Origin: an uncultured Anaerolinea sp.
GTDB lineage: Bacteria > Chloroflexota > Anaerolineae > Anaerolineales > Anaerolineaceae
Direction: 5' to 3'
NCBI GenBank assembly: GCA_964564935.1
Contig: CAZMCF010000008.1
Location: forward strand, 216-64,215
Length of the DNA stretch: 64,000 nt
Shown here: piece after piece, positions 51,454 to 61,212 of the stretch
Position numbering within the stretch: position 1 is the stretch's first letter
Layout: the number at the start of each line of letters is the position of its first letter
The notes under the pieces: generated by a model
What the model was told of the DNA's origin: nothing
Database searches by the model: none
Seen by the model: only the letters and a program-made list of their open reading frames with translations
Translations under genes and position numbers: made by a program

Positions 51454-51897
51454 ATGACTGATCCAACCCCTGTCGTCGTCCATCCCCGCGACCGCGGACC
51501 CGGCTGCCTGATCCGCATCCTCTACTTTATCTTCGTCGGCCTGTGGCTGGGCGGAATCGTCACCGTCCTCGCCTGGGTATTGAACGTCACCATCATCGGG
51601 CTGCCGCTCGGGCTGTGGCTGCTCAACCGCCTGCCGCAGGTGATGACCCTCAAGCCGGCGCCAACCGAAGGCCGGGTGACGGTTGTGGACGGCCGGGTGA
51701 TCTACCGCGAAACCTCCCTGCCGGCGCATCCCTTCCTGCTGCGCGCGCTGTATTTCCTGCTGATCGGCTGGTGGTTCAGCCTGGTCTGGCTGATCCTGGC
51801 CTGGCTGCTGACCGGGCTCTCGCTCGGTCTGGGCCTGCCGCTGGCCTTCTGGATGTTCGACCAGGTTCCTGCGGTCACCACATTGGCGCGCTATTGA
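51454..51897 (+). CDS. YccF (DUF307) domain membrane protein
   Basis: Two YF..GxW...TIIGLPLG repeats. Confidence 0.8.
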   Translation: MTDPTPVVVHPRDRGPGCLIRILYFIFVGLWLGGIVTVLAWVLNVTIIGLPLGLWLLNRLPQVMTLKPAPTEGRVTVVDGRVIYRETSLPAHPFLLRALYFLLIGWWFSLVWLILAWLLTGLSLGLGLPLAFWMFDQVPAVTTLARY

Positions 51898-51917
51898 TCA
51901 AAACCCTCTCCCGCCGG

Positions 51918-51968
51918 TGTATTGATCGGAGACATACTTTACAGGTATTCGGAGACATAGCTTACACC
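51918..51968. mobile_element. Solo IS481-family-like terminal sequence (relic)
   Basis: Starts with TGT; contains two 18-bp direct repeats TCGGAGACATA(CT/GC)TTACA at 51926 and 51949; no transposase follows. Confidence 0.55.
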
Positions 51969-52063
51969 TTATGTAGAATAGGGCATTCGTGTTTCTAGGA
52001 ATGGAGGCTGGCGGCCAGGGTGAGGGACTGCCCGCGAAAAATGCCAGGGCGAGTACTTCCCCG

Positions 52064-52096
52064 AATAAAATCGCCCTCCCCGGGTTGGGGAGGGCG
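52064..52096 (-). terminator. gdhA terminator
   Basis: 10-bp stem CGCCCTCCCC/GGGGAGGGCG with a T-rich tail on the minus strand. Confidence 0.7.
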
Positions 52097-52120
52097 GGCA
52101 ACCACGGAGGGAGAATCAGT

Positions 52121-53407
52121 CTAAATCCAGCCGCGCAATTCCATCGCCTTGACTACGCGCGCAATCGCCACCATATACGCCGCGTCGCGCATGTACACTT
52201 TTTCCTTGACCGACATCTCCAGCACAGCCGCGAAGGCCTCGGTCATCTTGGTGTCCAGCTTGGAGAGCACTTCCTCTTTCGTCCAGTAGAAGTTCATGTC
52301 GTTCTGCACGCTCTCGAAGTACGAGACGGTCACGCCGCCTGCGTTGCAGAGGAAGTCGGGGATGATGAAGATGCCGCGCTGCATGATCACTTCGTCGGCC
52401 TCGGGGGTGGTGGGGCCGTTGGCGCCCTCGGCGATCAGCTTAACCCGCGGGCTGACCCGCTTGACCGTCTCGGCGTTGATCTGGCCTTCCAGCGCCGCCG
52501 GGATGAGCACGTCCACATCTTTACTGATCCAGGCTTCGCCGTCTTCGATGACGTAACCGGCTGCGCGGGCTTTATCCTTGTTAATTGAGCCGTACTGGTC
52601 GGTGATGCTCATCAGGAAGCGCGGATCGAGGCCGTCTTCTTTGCTGACCGTGTAGGAGGTGCGGTCGTCGCGGTCCCAGTAAGAGACGCAGACTACTTTG
52701 CCGCCGAGCATCTCAGTGAAGCCGATGGCGGCGTACTGGGCGACGTTGCCAAAGCCCTGAATCGCCGCCTTGCACTGCCCGGGGTCCATCTTGAGGTGTT
52801 TCATCGCTTCGCGCACGGTGTAGATCACACCGTAGCCGGTCGCCTCGGTGCGGCCCTGCGAGCCGCCGCCGCCGAGGGGTTTGCCGGTGATCACGCCCGG
52901 GGTGTACTGGCCGGAGAGTTTGGAGTACTCGTCCATCATCCAGCCCATCATCTGCGGGGTGGTGCCGACGTCCGGAGCGGGCACGTCCTGGCGGGGGCCG
53001 ATGTTCTTCCACATCTGGCCGATGTAGCCGCGCACCAGGCGCTCCTTCTCGCTGGTGGAGAGGGTGGCGGGATCGACAATCACGCCGCCCTTGCCGCCGC
53101 CAAGCGGGATATCGACCACGGCGCATTTCCAGGTCATCCAGGTGGCCAGGGCGCGGACGGTGTCGATCGTCTCCGCCGGGTGGAAGCGAATGCCGCCCTT
53201 GTTCGGACCGCGGGCGTCGTTGTGCTGCACGCGGAAGCCCTGGAAAACGCGGATCGTGCCGTCGTCCATGCGGACCGGGATGCGGAAGTGGTATTCGCGC
53301 AGCGGCCAGCGCAGGATTTCGCGCACCTGCGGATCGAGCTTGAGAAGCTCGGCGACATGATCGAACTGGCGCTGAGCCATTTCAAACGCATTGGTGGTTT
53401 CTGCCAT
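52121..53407 (-). CDS. gdhA: Glutamate dehydrogenase (Glu/Leu/Phe/Val family)
   Basis: GPNKGGIRF, MTWKC, GGGKGG, DVPAPD, GFGNVA, EGANGP, NAGGV. Confidence 0.93.
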   Translation of the reverse strand: MAETTNAFEMAQRQFDHVAELLKLDPQVREILRWPLREYHFRIPVRMDDGTIRVFQGFRVQHNDARGPNKGGIRFHPAETIDTVRALATWMTWKCAVVDIPLGGGKGGVIVDPATLSTSEKERLVRGYIGQMWKNIGPRQDVPAPDVGTTPQMMGWMMDEYSKLSGQYTPGVITGKPLGGGGSQGRTEATGYGVIYTVREAMKHLKMDPGQCKAAIQGFGNVAQYAAIGFTEMLGGKVVCVSYWDRDDRTSYTVSKEDGLDPRFLMSITDQYGSINKDKARAAGYVIEDGEAWISKDVDVLIPAALEGQINAETVKRVSPRVKLIAEGANGPTTPEADEVIMQRGIFIIPDFLCNAGGVTVSYFESVQNDMNFYWTKEEVLSKLDTKMTEAFAAVLEMSVKEKVYMRDAAYMVAIARVVKAMELRGWI

Positions 53408-53575
53408 CGACGTTTCTCCTGTTAATCAGTATTTGAATTGGATTGAATGAATGAGAACGGCTGCCTGATAAACGAAAAAAGAGGCTGACGCCGCGGTTTG
53501 GCGTCCGCCTGATGGACGGTGGGCAACTGGGTTGTTGGGTGCAATCGGACCCTCCGCAGGCCGTGGTACTTCACA

Positions 53576-53664
53576 AGGGTAGCAAACCTTGCACCCCCCG
53601 TCAAGATGATGAAAATCGCCTCTCTTGTGTGATACCTATCCCCCAATTGTGCAATTTGTCACAA
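53576..53664 (-). promoter_or_regulatory. gdhA promoter with Rex-like site
   Basis: Minus strand TTGACG(53604-53599)-N17-TACCCT with TG extension; TTGTGCA-ATTT-GTCACAA at 53647-53664. Confidence 0.55.
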
Positions 53665-53695
53665 TAGAAGCCAACTCTGCGGATCGGCCGCGCGC

Positions 53696-55162
53696 TCAGC
53701 GTCGGCGCAGTGCGCCAAGCTGCCGCTCGAGCTCAGCCCGCACCACCTGGGGGTTGGCCGTCCCGCCTGCCGCGCGCATCACCTGGCCGAAGAACCAGTT
53801 GGCCAGGCTCTCCTTGCCGGCCAGGTAGCTGGCGATTTGCTCCGGGCAGCTTTCCAGGGTGCGCCGCACCAGCCTGGCGATTTCCTCTGCGTCCGAAACC
53901 TGGCCCAGGCCGCCGGCCTGGATGATCTCGCCGGCGCTCCGCCCGCTGCGCAGCATCTCGGTCAAAACCGCCTTGGCAGTGGTCAGGTTGATCTCCCCAC
54001 CGGCAACCCGGCGGAGCAGATCCGCAAGCGCTTCGGGCGGGGCTTTGACCTGCTCGATGCTTTCCCCGCTCTGATTCAGCCAGGCGAACAGCTCGCCGCT
54101 GACCCAGCTCGCCGCCATGCGGGCGGGGACTTCCCTGCCCGCGGCGCGGACGGTACGCTCGAAGTAATCCGCTGCCGCCTGGTCGCCGGTCAGGATTTCG
54201 GCCTCGTCCGCCGATAAACCGTACTCGCGCTGCAGGCGCGCCCGCCGGGCGCGGGGCAGTTCCGGCAGGCCGGCGCGGATTTGCTCGACCCAGTCCGGCT
54301 CGATCACCAGCGGCGGCAGGTCGGGCTCAGGGAAGTAGCGGTAATCGTGGGCTTCTTCCTTGCTCCGCTGCGGGTAGGTGGCTGCGCTGGCTTCGTCCCA
54401 GCCAAGGGTCTCCTGCTCCACCTGACCTCCGCTTTCTAAAATGGCGGTCTGGCGCTCGATTTCGTAAGCCACCGCCCTTTCCATGGCGCGGAAGCTGTTC
54501 AGATTCTTGATCTCCACCCGGGTGCCCAGTTCCCGGCTGCCGGCCGGGCGCAGGGAGACGTTGGCCTCGAAGCGGATTGCGCCCTTTTCCATATCACCGC
54601 TGCTTGCGCCGACGTAGCGCAGCAGGCTGCGCAGGGCGGTTGCGTAGGCGCGGACTTCCTTCACGCCGCGCAGGTCCGGCTCGGAAACGATTTCCAGCAG
54701 CGGCACCCCCGCCCGGTTGAGATCGACCAGCGAATAGGTCTCGCCGCTCTCGGCGCGGACGTGGGAAAGCTTGCCGGTGTCTTCTTCCAGGTGCACCCGA
54801 CGGATGCGCACATCCCGCTCGCCCTGCCCAGAGCTGATCCACAGGCTGCCGCCTTCCGCCAGGGGGTATTCGTACTGCGAGATCTGATAGCCCTTTGGCA
54901 GGTCGGGGTAGAAGTAGTTCTTGCGGGCAAACAGGCTGACCGGGTTGATCCGGCAGCCCAGGGCCAGGGCGGCCCGCAGCCCGAGCTCGACCGCCCGCTG
55001 GTTGACCACCGGCAGCGCTCCCGGCATCCCGGCGCAGACCGGACAGACCGCGCTGTTCGGCAGGGCGCTGGTCGAGTCGACCACCGGGCAGGCGCAGAAC
55101 ATCTTCGAGCGGGTTAGCAGCTCGGCGTGGACTTCCAGGCCGATCACCGCTTCATAATTCAC
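53696..55162 (-). CDS. gatB: Asp/Glu-tRNA amidotransferase subunit B
   Basis: [47 protein letters not shown]. Confidence 0.95.
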   Translation of the reverse strand: MNYEAVIGLEVHAELLTRSKMFCACPVVDSTSALPNSAVCPVCAGMPGALPVVNQRAVELGLRAALALGCRINPVSLFARKNYFYPDLPKGYQISQYEYPLAEGGSLWISSGQGERDVRIRRVHLEEDTGKLSHVRAESGETYSLVDLNRAGVPLLEIVSEPDLRGVKEVRAYATALRSLLRYVGASSGDMEKGAIRFEANVSLRPAGSRELGTRVEIKNLNSFRAMERAVAYEIERQTAILESGGQVEQETLGWDEASAATYPQRSKEEAHDYRYFPEPDLPPLVIEPDWVEQIRAGLPELPRARRARLQREYGLSADEAEILTGDQAAADYFERTVRAAGREVPARMAASWVSGELFAWLNQSGESIEQVKAPPEALADLLRRVAGGEINLTTAKAVLTEMLRSGRSAGEIIQAGGLGQVSDAEEIARLVRRTLESCPEQIASYLAGKESLANWFFGQVMRAAGGTANPQVVRAELERQLGALRRR

Positions 55163-55210
55163 GGGCGCACCTCGCGGGCAGGATGATGGGAAATTGTACC
55201 ATGCGCCCGG

Positions 55211-56194
55211 TCACAGCCGGACGGGTTCGCCCCTTCGGGCTGATTCGAGCAGAGCGACGAGCGCCTGATTGATCTCGCGGCTCTCGCTGAGCGGCAGGCG
55301 CTGCTCTGCGCCGGTCAGCGCTGCCCTGCCGAGGTCTTCGACCTCGCCCTGGGCGAGCTCGCCCGGCAGGCCGGTGCGGATTTTCCGCCTGCGCCCGTCC
55401 TTGAGCAGATAGAGCGCGTCGCCGCGCCCGGCGGAATACGGGTTCTCCACGATCAGGGTTCCTTCGCTGCCGAAGATTTCCATCCGGGAATGATGCTCGT
55501 GGACGTAGCTGCAATAAAAATTAAGCGTGGCGCCGCCCGGGTAGGTCAGCAGACCGGTGAAGGACTGATCCACGCCGCCCGGTGTCATTTCGGCTTTGCC
55601 GTGGACTTCGACGGGATTGACGCCAAAGACCATCCGCGCGTAGCTGACCGGATAGCAGCCGATGTCCCACAGACAGCCGCCGCCCGCTTCCGGCTGCCAG
55701 CGGTAATTATCCGGGCGGCCGAGTTGAATGGTGTAGGCCGCGTCGATGTGGCTCACCTCGCCGATTGCTCCGGATTGGATCCATTCCTGGATTTTTTGGG
55801 TGCGCGGATGATGGCGGTACATGAACGCCTCGGCGATGATCACCTGGTGTTCGCGGGCGGCCGCGATCATCGCGTCGATCTCCTCGGCGGTGAGAGCCAG
55901 CGGCTTTTCGCACAGGACGTGCTTGCCGGCCTGCGCGGCGTGGATGCTCCACTCGGCGTGCAGGTGATTGGGCAGCGGGTTGTAGATCACGTCGATCTCT
56001 GGATCGGCGAGCAGCTCCTCATAGCTGCCGTACGCGGCGGGGATCTTCCACTCCCGGGCGTACTGGCGGGCCCGGTCCAGGTCGCGGCTGGCGACCGCCC
56101 GCAGGCTGTGACCGCGCGCCGCGCGGATGGCCGGAATCAGCCGGCGGTTGATCCGCGCCGTGCTGAGCAATCCCCAGCGAAGTGTTTGCGTCAT
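55211..56194 (-). CDS. Gfo/Idh/MocA-family oxidoreductase
   Basis: WGLLSTARI, AGKHVLCEKP, GGGCLWDIGCY. Confidence 0.9.
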   Translation of the reverse strand: MTQTLRWGLLSTARINRRLIPAIRAARGHSLRAVASRDLDRARQYAREWKIPAAYGSYEELLADPEIDVIYNPLPNHLHAEWSIHAAQAGKHVLCEKPLALTAEEIDAMIAAAREHQVIIAEAFMYRHHPRTQKIQEWIQSGAIGEVSHIDAAYTIQLGRPDNYRWQPEAGGGCLWDIGCYPVSYARMVFGVNPVEVHGKAEMTPGGVDQSFTGLLTYPGGATLNFYCSYVHEHHSRMEIFGSEGTLIVENPYSAGRGDALYLLKDGRRRKIRTGLPGELAQGEVEDLGRAALTGAEQRLPLSESREINQALVALLESARRGEPVRL

Positions 56195-56246
56195 GGCAGC
56201 CTCCGTCCGCTGGCAGGCTGCATCCGCCTGCCGGGAATCATGATTG

Positions 56247-56263
56247 GGATATTTATACCAGAT
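56247..56263. repeat. 17-bp intergenic direct repeat, copy 1
   Basis: GGATATTTATACCAGAT, identical to 57769-57785. Confidence 0.75.
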
Positions 56264-56427
56264 ATGCCGGCTGGCGTAAAATCAAGCCCGATCTTGAGCC
56301 GGCCAATCAGCTGCCTTTCGACAAGCCCTGCGCGCATCTCAGAGATCGGCCCGGTATGATTGGCCGGGCAAGCTGGCCCGCTCCCCAGGTGGGATGCCCC
56401 CGCATCGTTCAAGACCACTCCGAATGT

Positions 56428-57720
56428 TCAGCGCGCGAGAAAGGGATAAAAGAGTGCGTACAGGATGGATGCCAGACCGGTTGTGGCCAGCATGACCGGC
56501 AGACCGCGTTTGTTCCAGACTTTGGAGGTGATGGGATGGCGGGTGCGCTCAGAGAGGGAGGCGATGACCACGTTGGCGGTCGAGCCGATGATGGTGCCGT
56601 TGCCGCCGAACCCGGCCCCAAAGGCCAGCGCCCACCAGAGCGGCATGGGGTTGATCCCGGCCGCGCCCAGTTCGAGCACCACCGGGATTAATGCGATGGT
56701 GATCGGGATATTGTCGATGATGGCGGAGAGGATCGCCACGATCCACATCAGAGCGATGCCCAGCCAGATCGGCGGCAGCCCTTTGGCTTGCAAAATGAAA
56801 TTGGCCAGGCTATGCAGTACGCCAGCCTGTTCCATCCCGCCCACCATGATGAACAGCGCTCCAAAGAACATCAGCACATCCCATTCGATCCGTTTCAGGG
56901 TTTCGCGCACGTTTGGCCGCAGCCAGACAAAGGCGATCGCAGCGCAGCCCAAGGCAATCAGGGACGGGCGGACGTGGAGCTGTTCCTCCAGCAGAAAGAG
57001 CACAACCGCCAGGGCAACCACAGCCAGCACCTTATAAGCGGACTTGCGGTCTTCCAGAACCTCGTTTGGATCCAGTTGAAGAATCACCTCGCGATTGGGA
57101 GGAGTTTCCGACAGTTCCCTGCGGAAGAGATAACGAAGAAGCGCCAGGGCAGCCAGCCAGGCAAAAAATACAATCGGTAACGAATGGGTCAAAAAGTCAT
57201 TAAAAGATAATTCCGCCGCCGACGCAATCAACACATTAGGGGGATCGCCGACCAGCGTGGCAACGCCGCCGGTATCCGAGAGCAGCGCCTCAGCCATCAA
57301 CAGCGGTTGAGGGTTGATGCCCAGAATTTCACATATCAGGATCGTCACCGGCCCGATGAGGACTATGGTGGTCACATTATCCAGGAACATGGACACGACC
57401 GTGGTAACTGTACCCAGAAGCACCAGCAGCCTTACCGGCCGGCCTTTCGAAAGCCTGGCGACCCACACCGCCAGGTACTGAAAAAATCCGGTTGGCTCCA
57501 GCAGGGCGACCAGGATCATCATCCCCAACAGCAAACCCAATGTCTGAAAATCGATCGAGGCGATCGCCTGGTCTTCGCTGTAAAATCCCAACAGCATCCC
57601 GCCGACTACCATCAGCACGGCGCCGGCTATCGCCGCGATGGTGCGATTGAGTAGATCCGTAAAGATCAAAATCAAACAAACGATGAATATGGCTGTTGAG
57701 AGTACGGCTGGAATGATCAT
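56428..57720 (-). CDS. ArsB/NhaD (IT superfamily, P-protein-like) transporter, paralog 2
   Basis: SMFLDNVTT, ATLVGDPPN, SAIIDNIP, GGNGTIIGSTAN. Confidence 0.88.
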   Translation of the reverse strand: MIIPAVLSTAIFIVCLILIFTDLLNRTIAAIAGAVLMVVGGMLLGFYSEDQAIASIDFQTLGLLLGMMILVALLEPTGFFQYLAVWVARLSKGRPVRLLVLLGTVTTVVSMFLDNVTTIVLIGPVTILICEILGINPQPLLMAEALLSDTGGVATLVGDPPNVLIASAAELSFNDFLTHSLPIVFFAWLAALALLRYLFRRELSETPPNREVILQLDPNEVLEDRKSAYKVLAVVALAVVLFLLEEQLHVRPSLIALGCAAIAFVWLRPNVRETLKRIEWDVLMFFGALFIMVGGMEQAGVLHSLANFILQAKGLPPIWLGIALMWIVAILSAIIDNIPITIALIPVVLELGAAGINPMPLWWALAFGAGFGGNGTIIGSTANVVIASLSERTRHPITSKVWNKRGLPVMLATTGLASILYALFYPFLAR

Positions 57721-57768
57721 GGATTGACTCTATGCCCTTCAGACGCCCCGCGTAACCGCAATGTTCTT

Positions 57769-57785
57769 GGATATTTATACCAGAT
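57769..57785. repeat. 17-bp intergenic direct repeat, copy 2
   Basis: GGATATTTATACCAGAT. Confidence 0.75.
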
Positions 57786-57871
57786 TTGGCCTGTCGTTCG
57801 AGAAAGCTGGAGTGGTCGGGTGAGGATATCGGAGTTAATCGAATCGTCTCAGCGGTCGGGCAATCCCGGAC

Positions 57872-59164
57872 TCAGCGGGAAAGGACCGCGTAAAAAATCA
57901 CGTACAGCACGCTCGCTACACAACAGGTTACCAGCATCACCGGTAAACCGCGTTTATTCCAGACTCTGGAGGTAATGGGATGGCGCGTCCGCTCGGACAA
58001 TGAAGCGACGATGACATTGGCGGTTGATCCGATGATCGTTCCGTTGCCGCCCAAACCTGCGCCGATCGCCAGCGCCCACCACAGAGGGAGGGGATTGATG
58101 CCCGCCTTGCCGAGATCGATCACCACGGGGATCAGCGCAATGGTTATGGGCACATTATCAATAATCGCCGACATGATTGCGATGAACCACAGCATCAACA
58201 GGCCGAGGGCTACTGGCGGCAGCCCTTCTGCGTGAACAATCAAATTCGACAGTGCATGGAGCACACCCGCCCTCTCCATTCCGCCCACCAGCACAAAGAG
58301 GGCGGCAAAAAACAGGAGCACATCCCACTCAATCCGCTTGAGGGTCTCCTGGATATCTGGTTGCACCAGAACCAGACCAACCCCGGCGCCCGCCAGGGCC
58401 ACGAAGGCCGGCTCGAGATGGAGCGGTTCCTCAATCAGAAAGAATCCGATTGTGACCGCGATCACAAGAAGTGATTTAATCGCGGATTTTCGATCACTTA
58501 ACACCTCGCGCGGATCCATCAGCAATAAGACTTCTCCATTTTCTGCTCCCTTCGTCAACTCCTTGCGGAAGAGAAAACGAATCGCGGCTAAAGCGGCAAA
58601 CCAGACGATTATCACAATCGGCAGGACGTGGGTTAAAAAATCCACAAAACTAAAATTGGCTGCCGAGGCAATTAAAATGTTTGGGGGATCGCCAACGAGG
58701 GTGGCCAAACCACCCGTGTTGGAAAGCAGCGCTTCGGTCATCAAAAAAGCCTGCGGGCTGATTCCGACGATTTCGCAAATCAGGATGGTCACCGGCGCAA
58801 TCAAGACGACGGTGGTCACGTTGTTGAGAAACATGGATATGATGGTCGTTACCGTACCAAGAAGGATGAGCAGTCGGATCGGACGTCCCCGGGATAAACG
58901 CGCGACCCACACGGCCAGATACTGGAAGAATCCGGTCGGCTCGAGCATGGCCACCAGTATCATCATGCCAAGCATCAACCCAAGAGTGTTGAAATCCAGG
59001 GTGCCGACTGCCTGAGGCTGGGTATAAAAACCAAAAATCAATCCAACCGCAACCATGAGCAGCGCGCCGGCCAGAGCCGCGATCGTGCGGTTCATCTTTT
59101 CGGTAAATATCAAAATCAGACTGGCTATGAAGATAGCGGTCGAAAGGATGGCGGGCAGGTTCAT
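57872..59164 (-). CDS. ArsB/NhaD (IT superfamily) transporter, paralog 1
   Basis: SMFLNNVTT, ATLVGDPPN, SAIIDNVP, GGNGTIIGSTAN; same length (430 aa) as its neighbour. Confidence 0.88.
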   Translation of the reverse strand: MNLPAILSTAIFIASLILIFTEKMNRTIAALAGALLMVAVGLIFGFYTQPQAVGTLDFNTLGLMLGMMILVAMLEPTGFFQYLAVWVARLSRGRPIRLLILLGTVTTIISMFLNNVTTVVLIAPVTILICEIVGISPQAFLMTEALLSNTGGLATLVGDPPNILIASAANFSFVDFLTHVLPIVIIVWFAALAAIRFLFRKELTKGAENGEVLLLMDPREVLSDRKSAIKSLLVIAVTIGFFLIEEPLHLEPAFVALAGAGVGLVLVQPDIQETLKRIEWDVLLFFAALFVLVGGMERAGVLHALSNLIVHAEGLPPVALGLLMLWFIAIMSAIIDNVPITIALIPVVIDLGKAGINPLPLWWALAIGAGLGGNGTIIGSTANVIVASLSERTRHPITSRVWNKRGLPVMLVTCCVASVLYVIFYAVLSR

Positions 59165-59640
59165 CAGTCGGACTCATCAGGCAGTGAGGGCAGCTCCCAT
59201 TCAGACATCAGGCCAATTCCCAGATCGACATGGGAAACAATGCCGACCAGAATGTTGTTTTCGTCCACGACCGGCAGGTCTTTCAGGTCATGGTGATGCA
59301 GCAATGAAGTGGCTCGAACCAGCCCGGAATCAGCATGGACAAAAATCGGCTCATCCATAATATCCTCCACCGGCTGGGCTAACTGGGCGGGATCCGGGTG
59401 GCGGAATTCCAGAACGCCAAAATCGTGTACAAATTCAAAATGGTCTACCAGCCTGACAAAGTCCGGCATGATCAGGGTTAGCAGCCTGCGCAGACGGACC
59501 ACGCCGACCATCTGGCCGTTCTGGTTGACAACTGGCAGGGTGCCGATGTGATATTTGCGGAATAATGCCGCAGCCTGACCGATCGTAGCGTCATTTCGGA
59601 CCGAGATCACACGCTGTTTCATAAAATCTTTCACTTTCAT
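59164..59640 (-). CDS. Stand-alone CBS-pair protein
   Basis: MKVKDFM, LPVVN..G..VGVV, LPVVD...LVGIVS. Confidence 0.88.
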   Translation of the reverse strand: MKVKDFMKQRVISVRNDATIGQAAALFRKYHIGTLPVVNQNGQMVGVVRLRRLLTLIMPDFVRLVDHFEFVHDFGVLEFRHPDPAQLAQPVEDIMDEPIFVHADSGLVRATSLLHHHDLKDLPVVDENNILVGIVSHVDLGIGLMSEWELPSLPDESD

Positions 59641-59842
59641 AGAAGCAGCCTCCCTGGTTTATCAAAACCACTACGAGTTTAGTGTATCAGAAATTCCCCT
59701 ATTTCATCATCTGCTCCCCACCCCGATCATGGATGGGTTCCGTTGTCCTCCAGCGGTGGTCATTGAATTTTCTCAGGATTTGAACGGGCAATTTGATACA
59801 ATAGTCTTTACCCGCATGCCGGAAAAACGGAGGACAGCTGCC

Positions 59843-60208
59843 ATGCACATGATCTTGTTTGTTCTCGACAACCCTGACCTGCTGGACGATCTCCTCGACG
59901 CCTGGGAATCAGTCGGCATAACCGGTGTGACGATCACCGAAAGCACCGGCATCTATCGTTTTCGCAGCGCCCGGAAGAAGATTCCCATGCGCTACGTCTT
60001 CGGCGCGGTGGGAGCAAAAACTGAGGTGGGCCATTTCACCCTGATGGCCCTGGTGAAAGCGGAGGAAACAGTCCAGCGCTGCCTGGAAGCGACCGAGAAG
60101 CTGGTCGGCGACCTGGAACAGCCTAACACGGGCGTGTTCGCCGCCTGGCCGGTCGCCATGGTCAAAGGGTATCCCAAAAAGTCCTTGCCGGGGGAGGAAG
60201 GCGGATGA
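59843..60208 (+). CDS. PII-like (GlnB-fold) protein
   Basis: AWESVGITGVTITESTG, GDLEQPNTGVFAAWPV; GGAGG RBS before ATG 59843. Confidence 0.7.
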   Translation: MHMILFVLDNPDLLDDLLDAWESVGITGVTITESTGIYRFRSARKKIPMRYVFGAVGAKTEVGHFTLMALVKAEETVQRCLEATEKLVGDLEQPNTGVFAAWPVAMVKGYPKKSLPGEEGG

Positions 60209-61194
60209 CCTGGGTCTTTTTTGCCCTTAGCGCGGGTGTGATCGTCCTGGCGGCGATGCGGCTGGCTGAGTACGGAGACGCCATCGCCCTGCGCACCAGG
60301 CTGAGCGGGATGTTCATCGGTACGCTGCTGCTGGCGGGAGCCACTTCGCTGCCCGAGCTGCTGACCACGATCAATTCGCTGCAGCAGGGTTCGCCGAACC
60401 TGGCGGCCGGCAATCTCTTCGGCTCGAATATGTTCAACATGGTCTTACTGGCAGTCCTGGATATGGTCCACCGCCGCGAGCGCATCCTGCGTAAGGCAGC
60501 TTTAAAGCACGCCCTGACCGGCAGCCTGGCCACCCTCTTGATCGGCCTGGCAGTGTTCTTCGTGATGGCAGATATCGATGTGAAAATCGGCTGGATAGGA
60601 GCCGACAGCCTGGTGATCCTCATCGGTTACGTGGTGGCAGTCCGCCTGCTGCAAAAGAGCAACCCGGCGGCGCCAAAGGCGGCAGCCGTCCAGATGGTTC
60701 CTCAGGGGACGCCCGGGCTGGGCGCGGCGATCTTTGGTTTCCTGGTCGCCGCCGGCGCGCTGGTCTATGTTACGCCGATCCTGGTGCGATCCAGCCTGGA
60801 GATCGCTGAGATCACCGGGCTGGGGGCGACCTTCATCGGTACCACTCTGGTTGCCCTGGCTACCTCGCTGCCTGAGCTGGTCACCACCCTGACAGCGGCG
60901 AAACTTGGGGCTGACGATATGGCCATCGGCAACCTGTTCGGCAGCAACATGTTCAACATGTTCGCCATCGGTCTGACCGATTTGTTCTATCTGGATGGGC
61001 GATTCCTGTCGGTAATCGACCCGGCCTTCCTGCTGGTGGGCATGCTCGGGCTGATCATGACCGGTCTGGGGCTGGTCGGCAACCTGGCGAAAATTGAGCG
61101 GCGCATCTTCCTGGTGGAAACGGACGCGCTGCTGCTGTTCCTGGTCTACTTTGGCGGGATGTGGCTGCTCTACTCGCGCGGGATCAATCCTTGA
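60205..61194 (+). CDS. Ca2+/cation antiporter (CaCA, YrbG-like)
   Basis: Two alpha repeats ATSLPEL...GNLFGSNMFN. Confidence 0.9.
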   Translation: MTWVFFALSAGVIVLAAMRLAEYGDAIALRTRLSGMFIGTLLLAGATSLPELLTTINSLQQGSPNLAAGNLFGSNMFNMVLLAVLDMVHRRERILRKAALKHALTGSLATLLIGLAVFFVMADIDVKIGWIGADSLVILIGYVVAVRLLQKSNPAAPKAAAVQMVPQGTPGLGAAIFGFLVAAGALVYVTPILVRSSLEIAEITGLGATFIGTTLVALATSLPELVTTLTAAKLGADDMAIGNLFGSNMFNMFAIGLTDLFYLDGRFLSVIDPAFLLVGMLGLIMTGLGLVGNLAKIERRIFLVETDALLLFLVYFGGMWLLYSRGINP

Positions 61195-61212
61195 GGCGCG
61201 CGCCTCGCGGGT

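Noticed and set aside
51926..51966. CRISPR array
   Set aside because: Only two 18-bp units with a 5-bp spacer and no cas genes; no CRISPR array seen anywhere in the window
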